Source: an uncultured Desulfosarcina sp.
GTDB lineage: Bacteria > Desulfobacterota > Desulfobacteria > Desulfobacterales > Desulfosarcinaceae
Direction: 5' to 3'
Assembly (NCBI GenBank): GCA_963674945.2
Contig: CAXXWQ010000003.1
Location: 1,728,001-1,792,000, forward strand
DNA: 64,000 bases
Positions 57,272-64,000 of this stretch are shown here, piece after piece. The translations under genes and the position numbers were made by a program. The notes below the pieces were generated by a model. The model made no database searches and was not told where the DNA came from. It worked only from the letters and a program-made list of their open reading frames with translations. Each line of letters opens with the position of its first letter. Positions within the stretch are counted from its first letter, which is position 1.

Positions 57272-58240
57272 GTGAAAAGGACAATGGAGAAAATCAGAGT
57301 CGGTGTCGTGGGTGTTGGATACCTGGGAAAGTTTCATGCCCAAAAGTACCACCATATGCCGGATGTGGAATTGGTGGGAATCGTCGATACAAATCCGGAA
57401 CAGGGGAAAAAGATCGCCAAAGAGACAGAAACGATGTACTATGGCGATTACCAATCTTTGTATGGCAAGGTCGATGCCATCAGCATCGCCGCACCCACGC
57501 CCGTTCATCACACAATCGCAAAGAATTTTTTAACACATGACATCGATGTGCTGATCGAAAAACCGATCACCAGCGACCTTGCGGATGCAGATGAATTGAT
57601 CAAAATCGCAGCGTCCAGGAATTTGATCATTCAGGTTGGGCATTTGGAACGGTTTAACCCTGCAGTGGTCGCTTTGGAAGGGAAAATCGATCAACCGCGA
57701 TTCATTGAGTCCCACCGTCTTTCCATCTACCAAGGACGCTGCATAGACGTCAGCGTGGTCCTCGACCTGATGATCCATGACATCGATCTGATTTTAAACC
57801 TCGTGCGGTCTGAAATAAAAACCGTCAATGCTGCCGGCATTTCCGTTATTTCGGAGAATGTGGACATTGCCAATGCCCGGCTGGAGTTTGAAAACGGAGC
57901 GGTGGCCAATGTAACGGCAAGTCGTATCTCCGCAAAAAATGAGCGAAAATTGCGGTTTTTCCAGCAAGAGGCCTATATCTCCATCGATTTCGCCAACCAT
58001 AAGATCACGCTCGTACATCCGGATGAAAACGAATCGGAAGGCATCATTCCCGGAATGAAAATCGAAGAAATGCGCTTTGAAAAGGGTGACGCCCTGGACG
58101 ACGAATTAAAATCATTCGTGCATGCCGTCAAGAACCGGCAGGCGCCTCTGGTAACCGGCCAGATGGGACGGGATGCATTGAAAACGGCACTCATCATCAT
58201 GTCCCAAATCCAAGAAACGAGCAAACATCTCCTGTGTTAG
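57272..58240 (+). CDS. Gfo/Idh/MocA oxidoreductase, GnnA-like
   Basis: Motifs GVGYLG, EKP, GHLERFNP and DLMIHDID. Located between lpxI and lpxB. Confidence 0.85.
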   Translation: MKRTMEKIRVGVVGVGYLGKFHAQKYHHMPDVELVGIVDTNPEQGKKIAKETETMYYGDYQSLYGKVDAISIAAPTPVHHTIAKNFLTHDIDVLIEKPITSDLADADELIKIAASRNLIIQVGHLERFNPAVVALEGKIDQPRFIESHRLSIYQGRCIDVSVVLDLMIHDIDLILNLVRSEIKTVNAAGISVISENVDIANARLEFENGAVANVTASRISAKNERKLRFFQQEAYISIDFANHKITLVHPDENESEGIIPGMKIEEMRFEKGDALDDELKSFVHAVKNRQAPLVTGQMGRDALKTALIIMSQIQETSKHLLC

Positions 58241-58259
58241 TCCGAGGTATCGAATGTAA

Positions 58260-59474
58260 ATGTCTATGAAACGCATAATGATTATCGCCGGTGAGGCGTC
58301 GGGCGACATGCATGGTGCCCATCTGGCCCGTGCAATAAAACAGCGTGACGATAAAACGTTTCTCTTCGGCGTCGGTGGAAAGGCCATGGCCCGTGAGGGG
58401 GTATCGCTGCTCGTCGACGCAGACACACTCTCCGTAGTGGGAATAACAGAAGTATTGACCCGGCTAAAGACCATCTACGGCGCCATGTCCACCGTAAAAA
58501 AGGCCATCGCCCGGCTTTCCCCGGACTTGTTGATCTGCATCGATTTTCCCGATTTCAACTTCCATGTCGCGGCGGCTGCGAAACGGCGCAACATTCCCGT
58601 ACTATACTATATCAGCCCGCAAATCTGGGCGTGGCGCCAAAACCGGGTAAAAAAAATCAAGCGACTGGTCGACCACATGGCGGTCATTTTCCCATTTGAA
58701 GCAAAGTTTTACGAAGAACACCATGTTCCGGTCACCTTCGTCGGCCATCCCTTCCTGGATATCATCTCCCCGCCAACCGACGAGACGCCTGGAACCGATG
58801 AAACGGCGATAACCATTGGCCTGGTTCCCGGATCAAGGGAAAAAGAGGTGACGACGCTGCTTCCCGTGATGCTGAAGGCGGCAAAAATCATAAATCGGAT
58901 GGGACCGGCTGTTCGGTTCGTTGTTTCCTGCGCCCAATCCGTTGACGAAACCTTGGTGTCGGACATCGTCACTTCTTTTAACACAGAACTCCCCATTGAG
59001 GTCATCAACGGTCCAGTGACAGGCGTCTTTAAAAAGTGTCGGCTGGTCGTTGCCGCTTCCGGCACCGTCACTTTGGAAGCAGCACTGCATGGCGTGGTTC
59101 CGGTGATCGTCTATAAGGTTTCGCCCATGAGCTACTGGTTGGGAAAACGGCTCATCAAAGTAAGACACATCGGCATTGTCAACCTTATCGTCCAAAGAGA
59201 ATTGCTTCCCGAATTGATCCAAGACGAGGCGTCACCTGAAAAGATCGCCGATACGGTCCATTCCGTCATCAGCGATCCACAGCGATTACAAGAGACGAGA
59301 AAGGAGATGCTGCGTATCAGAGAACTTCTCGGTGGTCCGGGCGCATCGGATCGGGTGGCCCGAATCGCATTGCATTTGTGTAAGGGAAAGGATGCCGGCC
59401 AGGATCGGAATAAAAAAAATGCCCCTGATGGCTACATCAGAGGCATTTTGGCAAGGGCTTTTAAAAAAGGATAA
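58260..59474 (+). CDS. lpxB: Lipid-A-disaccharide synthase
   Basis: Motifs AGEASGD, IDFPDFN, PQIWAWR, VGHP, PGSR and SGTVTLE. Confidence 0.95.
   Translation: MSMKRIMIIAGEASGDMHGAHLARAIKQRDDKTFLFGVGGKAMAREGVSLLVDADTLSVVGITEVLTRLKTIYGAMSTVKKAIARLSPDLLICIDFPDFNFHVAAAAKRRNIPVLYYISPQIWAWRQNRVKKIKRLVDHMAVIFPFEAKFYEEHHVPVTFVGHPFLDIISPPTDETPGTDETAITIGLVPGSREKEVTTLLPVMLKAAKIINRMGPAVRFVVSCAQSVDETLVSDIVTSFNTELPIEVINGPVTGVFKKCRLVVAASGTVTLEAALHGVVPVIVYKVSPMSYWLGKRLIKVRHIGIVNLIVQRELLPELIQDEASPEKIADTVHSVISDPQRLQETRKEMLRIRELLGGPGASDRVARIALHLCKGKDAGQDRNKKNAPDGYIRGILARAFKKG
59412..59449 (-). terminator. Rho-independent terminator of the surface-protein gene (possibly bidirectional)
   Basis: Hairpin AAAATGCC-C-CTGATG-GCTA-CATCAG-A-GGCATTTT, followed on the minus strand by U8. 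About 30 nt after the stop at 59480. Confidence 0.7.
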
Positions 59475-59479
59475 CCTGA

Positions 59480-61003
59480 CTATTTTTTCAGTCGAACGCG
59501 CTGAGGGATAAGTGCCGTCAAAAGAAGAAACATTGCCAATGTGGCCAGCATGATGATGATGGATTTGGCCGAAAAGCAAGAGGAGACACGAACCCCATCG
59601 GTGCCTGCATTGATAAAACACCCTCCGCCACCGGCTGCACCAACGTCACCCGTTGATATCATATCTGAAGAGGAGGAAATGGCTTCGATACCCGTGGGAT
59701 CTACAATCACGCCGTTTTGCACGCCGTCGTCGTCGCCCCGGCCACCGTCCTCAAGATCTATTGTGACACTCTTTCCGTCGGGTGAGAAAACCGCATTTGT
59801 AAACTCCTCCCAACCGGTATCGGTGAAGTATTTGTAAAGCTTTCCATCGCCATCGATCGCATCGGAGAAATGGATGGTTACGCTCGCAGACGTGACCCCC
59901 TCATCGAGGAATAGTTTGAAACCAACCAGGCCAAATCCCATTGTCACCGACTGATCCGAAAGATTTGCCGTTGGAATGGACGCAACGGCCATCAAGGTAG
60001 CTCCCTCGGATACGGTTTCAACACCGACGATGGCCTCTCCTTCCACCGAATGCAACGTCAGGATGTCGTCTTCCAATGAATCCGGTGTACCGTCTTCGTT
60101 AATATCCACGGAGTCATCCACCTCAAGGGCGTCCGGAATACCGTTGACATCCACATCAGCCGAAAGCTCTGCCGGAATCGTGGTAAAAGATCCGACTTCG
60201 GACCAATCCGATGCACCACCGCGGGAATCGATATACCGTACCCGCCAGTAATACTGCGTATCGACATCGAGGAACAGTTCACCAACGGCGTAGCTTGTCA
60301 GTTGTACTCCGCAGGTATTATCCAGCGTCAGCAGTGAAAAGTCCGATTCGGTGCTGATCTGCCAGCGGCTGTAGGCATGCTCGTCGCCATCGATATCGGA
60401 GAAGATGCCTGAAATAAGAACGGGTGTCAGCGATACCGGATCGACCGGAACGATCGTTTCGATTACCGGAGCATCCGGGACCTGATTGTCAGGACTGTTC
60501 ATTGGATCGGTATGATGTTCATACTCTTCCAGGTTCGTCATGCCATCGCCGTCTGAATCCATGTCGGCGTCGTCGACAAAAGGATCGAGGCCGTATTCAA
60601 TTTCCCAGGCATCGGGCATGCCATCATTGTCATCGTCTTGGTCCAGATCATCGGAGATTCCGTCACCGTCATTATCCGCGATGGCGCTCTCGGGGGTGTA
60701 GGAAACTTCAGCTGAATCTGCACTTTCCAGATCACCCTCAAAGGCGCGAACGACAAAATGATAGGTTACGCCCACCACGAGGCCCGATAATGAACACGTG
60801 GTGACGCTGTCTTCCCAAATGGGATGGTCATAGTCGTAATCTTGGCTGTTCTCCCGAACGAAGACCCGATATCCGTCGGGGGTGGGATCGTTGGCATCCC
60901 AGCGAAGCGATACGGAAGCACCGTATGCGTGTGTCACACCGATCATGATGATCGTGATGAAAATGAAAAAAAACCGAAAACTCTTTGTACCAAACTGTGT
61001 CAT
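59480..61003 (-). CDS. Secreted acidic surface protein: FN3-like domains, Asp-rich Ca-binding repeats, choice-of-anchor-U-like domain, GGGGCFI tail plus TM anchor
   Basis: AAGGGAG RBS precedes ATG 61003 and a signal peptide follows. Motifs LRWDAN..GYRVF, DNDGDGISD/DDDNDGMPD, YYWRVRY and DGGRGDDDGVQNGVIVDP. GGGGCFI is followed by a hydrophobic helix and basic tail. Confidence 0.85.
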   Translation of the reverse strand: MTQFGTKSFRFFFIFITIIMIGVTHAYGASVSLRWDANDPTPDGYRVFVRENSQDYDYDHPIWEDSVTTCSLSGLVVGVTYHFVVRAFEGDLESADSAEVSYTPESAIADNDGDGISDDLDQDDDNDGMPDAWEIEYGLDPFVDDADMDSDGDGMTNLEEYEHHTDPMNSPDNQVPDAPVIETIVPVDPVSLTPVLISGIFSDIDGDEHAYSRWQISTESDFSLLTLDNTCGVQLTSYAVGELFLDVDTQYYWRVRYIDSRGGASDWSEVGSFTTIPAELSADVDVNGIPDALEVDDSVDINEDGTPDSLEDDILTLHSVEGEAIVGVETVSEGATLMAVASIPTANLSDQSVTMGFGLVGFKLFLDEGVTSASVTIHFSDAIDGDGKLYKYFTDTGWEEFTNAVFSPDGKSVTIDLEDGGRGDDDGVQNGVIVDPTGIEAISSSSDMISTGDVGAAGGGGCFINAGTDGVRVSSCFSAKSIIIMLATLAMFLLLTALIPQRVRLKK

Positions 61004-61062
61004 AATGCATCTCCCTTGTTCTCTACCGTGCGACCAGCAGCGAATTTGAGAGATGCTGTGTT

Positions 61063-61155
61063 CGCTCGGCAACCCTGCCGCCATTTCCGGAGATACCGGA
61101 GGAAGGCCGTTGGCTTTGCGTCACACCCTTTCGGATGCTTTGCCCTTTTCAAGCG
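61063..61155 (-). ncRNA. c-di-GMP-I (GEMM-I) riboswitch
   Basis: Minus strand: CGCTTG-AAAA-GGGCAAA-GCATCC-GAAA-GGGTGT-GACGCAAAGCC...TCCGG-TATCT-CCGGA-AATGG...GGTTGC-CGAGCG. P1, P2 with GAAA tetraloop and P3 are present, with the conserved GGCAAA, GACGCAAAGC and GGTTGCCG cores. Confidence 0.9.
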
Positions 61156-61188
61156 TTAAAGATTTCAAAAAACGTCAACCAACTGTTA

Positions 61189-61204
61189 AGCATAATACAT
61201 GCCA
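61189..61204 (-). promoter_or_regulatory. sigma54 (-24/-12) promoter upstream of the riboswitch
   Basis: Minus strand TGGCATGTATTATGCT has GG and GC 12 nt apart. Predicted start near 61178, just 5' of the aptamer. Confidence 0.7.
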
Positions 61205-61433
61205 TAATTAGAAAAACTGTCGTACAACCGATGCAAGGCAGAACGCTAAACATATCAGGCAGTTTGGTTAAGTAGCGCTATTGTATCGGATCAATCGGAG
61301 TGATCGGTTCGTTTGCTGGATGCAAAAGTGAAAATGGATTGGTCCCGCGTGTGCATTAAAATGAACAGCTATTGGGGAAGGATTGGTTAAAAAAAACAGA
61401 CAATTCGGCTGAACAAAAAACTTCATGAACTCG

Positions 61434-62708
61434 TTAAAAAGTCGGATCACTCGTCTTGAAATAGATGGTGAAGGTACTTCCCGTTCCGGGTTTGCTTTTT
61501 ACGTCCAGGCGGGCGTCATAGGTCTCCAAGATTCGATAAACGATGGAAAGGCCGAGTCCACTTCCCTTTGCCTTTGTAGTGAAAAAAGGATTGAAAATCG
61601 TCGCCATCGTTTTTTCATCCATGCCGCACCCATTGTCTGCGACTTCGACCCTAACACGATCCCCTTTTCCTTTTTTCACTGAGATCATTATTTTCCCACG
61701 ATTCTCTATGGATTCGACGCTATTCACCAACAGGTTCCAGATCACTTGATGCAGCTGCCATGGATCGATCTCGATGAAAGCGCTGGAATTGACGTCCAAC
61801 GCGATGTCGATGCGTTGACGAACGGCTTCGTCCTTGACGAACAAAGTAACAATCTCGGTCAATGACTTTGCCAAATCCACACAGCTCACCTGCCCGACCG
61901 TGGGCCTGGCGAAAGAGAGAAAATTGTTGACGAGACTGCTCAACCGGTTCGTTTCCCGCAAAACGATGTGCATCAAACGCCCCTCGTCGGAATCCTTTTC
62001 AATTTCTCCGTTTAAAATCTGAACGGCGCCGGAAATGGATGCAAGGGGATTCTTGATTTCGTGGGCCAGCCCCGCAGCCATCTCACCGATCTGTGCCAGG
62101 TTTTGCACCCTGTTCAGATGCGCTTCCATGGCAACCAGTTCCGACTTTGACTTCCGTTCCTGATCGGCGAGATGACCACTTAAAAATGCGACCGAAAAAC
62201 ATGCAACGGATAGGGTCGAACCCTTCTGGAGAATCTGCATCGTGGTGATGGAAGAACCGCCAAGCGTTCCGACAAACGCATATGAAGAAAAAGCGCCATA
62301 TTTTTCCAGAATCAACAGCAAAATAAACTGCAGGCTGCACAAAAATGCCATCCATAGGCTTCCCCGTTTATACACAAACACACTCGAATAAATGATGACA
62401 ACGAGGAAAAGAAAAGGAAAAACACTCGCGTAGCCTCCGGTTACAAGTACAAACAGCGTAGCAAAGAAAGTATCAAGTATGATTTGACCATAAAGGTACA
62501 ATAGCTGGAACCGCTGTGCGACGGAAAGCAGGACACCATAGACCAACGATAGGAGAACGAGTGTGAAGGAAACGGTGTATAAGAAAAAGATGGGTGGGGT
62601 TACCGCGTAGATTTGGTTTCCCATCTGATATAAAATGGTTGAGCCCATCAGCAGCAAAGCAAAAAGCAACCGGATGAGAATCAACCATTTTAGCCTATGG
62701 ACGTTCAT
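61434..62708 (-). CDS. pilS: PilS-like membrane sensor histidine kinase, apparently lacking PAS
   Basis: Multi-TM N-terminus (LKWLILIRL, VTGGYASVF). Motifs AAGLAHEIKNPL and NPFFTTK..GSGLGL. Directly downstream of pilC. Confidence 0.8.
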   Translation of the reverse strand: MNVHRLKWLILIRLLFALLLMGSTILYQMGNQIYAVTPPIFFLYTVSFTLVLLSLVYGVLLSVAQRFQLLYLYGQIILDTFFATLFVLVTGGYASVFPFLFLVVIIYSSVFVYKRGSLWMAFLCSLQFILLLILEKYGAFSSYAFVGTLGGSSITTMQILQKGSTLSVACFSVAFLSGHLADQERKSKSELVAMEAHLNRVQNLAQIGEMAAGLAHEIKNPLASISGAVQILNGEIEKDSDEGRLMHIVLRETNRLSSLVNNFLSFARPTVGQVSCVDLAKSLTEIVTLFVKDEAVRQRIDIALDVNSSAFIEIDPWQLHQVIWNLLVNSVESIENRGKIMISVKKGKGDRVRVEVADNGCGMDEKTMATIFNPFFTTKAKGSGLGLSIVYRILETYDARLDVKSKPGTGSTFTIYFKTSDPTF

Positions 62709-62763
62709 CTCTTCCCTGGCAGATTCCGGGAGTTACAATTTCAAATTCATACTTTCATTTCGA

Positions 62764-63969
62764 TTAGAGATTTCCAGCCATCGTGAAAATCGGAAGATAC
62801 ATGGCAATGACGAGTCCGCCGATGACCACCCCCAAAAACATCATCATGAAAGGCTCGATAAGCGTCGTCAAGTTTTCCACGGCCTGATCCACTTCCTCCT
62901 CATAAAAATCGGCGATCTTTTGCAGCATGGCGTCCAACGCACCGGTAGATTCACCAACGGAAATCATCTGGCACACCATTGCCGGAAAAACGCCCGTTTC
63001 CATCAGCGGATCCGCCATCGTTCGCCCTTCGGCAATTCCGCTTCTTACCGTGTAGATGGACCGTTCCACGATTTTGTTCCCAGATGTTTTCGCCACGATA
63101 TCCAATGCTTCCAAGATGGCCACCCCACTGGCCAGCATGGTTCCCATGGTTTGGGTAAAATTGGCAACGGACACCTTGCGGACCAAAATCCCGAAAACCG
63201 GCAACTTGAGAATGGTTGCATCGACGGTAAGACGTCCTTTTTCCGTACTATAATACTTCTTAAAGGCAAACACGAAAAGGATGAGGCCAATGATGACCCA
63301 ATGAATATTGCCTTTCGCGAAATCACTCATCGCGACAACGATTTGCGTCGGCGCCGGCAGGGAACCTCCCATATCTGCAAACATCTCTTGGAATACGGGG
63401 ATGACAAAAACCAGTATAACACCGACACAGAGTCCTGCGATGGCCAAGGTTACGGCCGGGTAAGTCATGGCCCCTTTGACCTGACTTTTCAGTTTGCTTG
63501 CTTTCTCCATATGGGCGGACAGCCTTCTTAAAATCGCGTCCAGGATACCGCCCGCCTCGCCGGCAGCAACCATGTTTACGAAAAGATCATCGAAATGTTT
63601 CGGGTACTTTTTCAATGCATCCGCCAGGGTCGATCCGCTCTCCACCTGCTCTTTTATGGTCTTGAGCATCTTTTTGAAGGTCGCATTTTCCTGTTGCGCA
63701 TGCAAGATATCCATGCATTGAATGATGGGCAGACCCGCATCGATCATCGTGGAAAACTGCCTGTTAAAAAGGATGATATCTTTTTGTGTCACCTTTGGCT
63801 GAAGAAATGATACGTTTTCAAAAAGATCTTTCGGTTTTTTCTTGACCTTGGTCGGTATAATACGGAGCCGGTTGAGATTGGCGCGCACCACATCTTCACT
63901 GGATGCTTCCATCTCCCCTTTCTGAACAATGTTATTCCGGTTCTTCCCTTCCCATATATAGATCGGCAT
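62764..63969 (-). CDS. pilC: Type IV pilus inner membrane platform protein (T2SS F family)
   Basis: Motifs RQFSTMIDAGLP, AGEAGGILD, AMTYP, VGESTGALD and AMYLPIF. Confidence 0.95.
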   Translation of the reverse strand: MPIYIWEGKNRNNIVQKGEMEASSEDVVRANLNRLRIIPTKVKKKPKDLFENVSFLQPKVTQKDIILFNRQFSTMIDAGLPIIQCMDILHAQQENATFKKMLKTIKEQVESGSTLADALKKYPKHFDDLFVNMVAAGEAGGILDAILRRLSAHMEKASKLKSQVKGAMTYPAVTLAIAGLCVGVILVFVIPVFQEMFADMGGSLPAPTQIVVAMSDFAKGNIHWVIIGLILFVFAFKKYYSTEKGRLTVDATILKLPVFGILVRKVSVANFTQTMGTMLASGVAILEALDIVAKTSGNKIVERSIYTVRSGIAEGRTMADPLMETGVFPAMVCQMISVGESTGALDAMLQKIADFYEEEVDQAVENLTTLIEPFMMMFLGVVIGGLVIAMYLPIFTMAGNL

Positions 63970-64000
63970 GAAATCCCCCTTGAGCCGTAAGTCGATAAGT

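Noticed and set aside
61004..61084. N-terminal extensions in the ORF track (surface protein from 61084, rpsF from 39563, rplI from 41380, lysS from 47120, lpxA from 55560)
   Set aside because: Downstream ATGs match family N-termini or RBSs, and the extensions mostly overlap leaders or upstream genes.
1..64000. CRISPR array, rRNA or intact tRNA
   Set aside because: No regularly spaced direct repeats, cas genes, rRNA-like tract or full cloverleaf seen by eye.
1..64000. Selenocysteine UGA recoding
   Set aside because: No recognisable protein appears truncated at TGA with an in-frame continuation. The only split gene is at a TAG.

Overview
A 64-kb chromosomal window from a Gram-negative anaerobe. 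Gene order and protein types point to a Desulfobacterales-like deltaproteobacterium (inference). The right half is mostly core: rpsF-rpsR-DUF2232-rplI-dnaB-hflX, lysS-lolC/E-lolD-bamA-skp-lpxD-fabZ-lpxA-lpxI-(gnnA-like)-lpxB, and pilC-pilS. The left half mixes housekeeping genes (ihfA, map, fabH, ugd, xdhC, RluA, ABC and MFS transporters) with accessory genes. Mobile DNA comprises two insertion sequences (one with terminal inverted repeats and a 9-bp target duplication) and two copies of a palindromic MITE-like element (143 and 169 bp), the longer carrying a nested 26-nt hairpin. RNA elements read directly from the sequence are an S6:S18 ribosomal leader before rpsF and a c-di-GMP-I (GEMM) riboswitch. 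Best candidates for a poorly described system: (1) a five-gene operon coupling a TonB-dependent receptor and a YfiR-like periplasmic protein to a histidine kinase phosphorelay with no DNA-binding output; (2) an acidic surface protein with a GGGGCFI tail, under a sigma54 promoter plus the c-di-GMP riboswitch, sitting where pilR/pilA usually lie. Also notable are a HAD/PurM-like fusion enzyme, a protein of two Cys4 repeats, and an in-frame TAG in an LssY-type lipoprotein. No CRISPR array, rRNA or intact tRNA was seen. All family assignments come from motif recognition without database searches.
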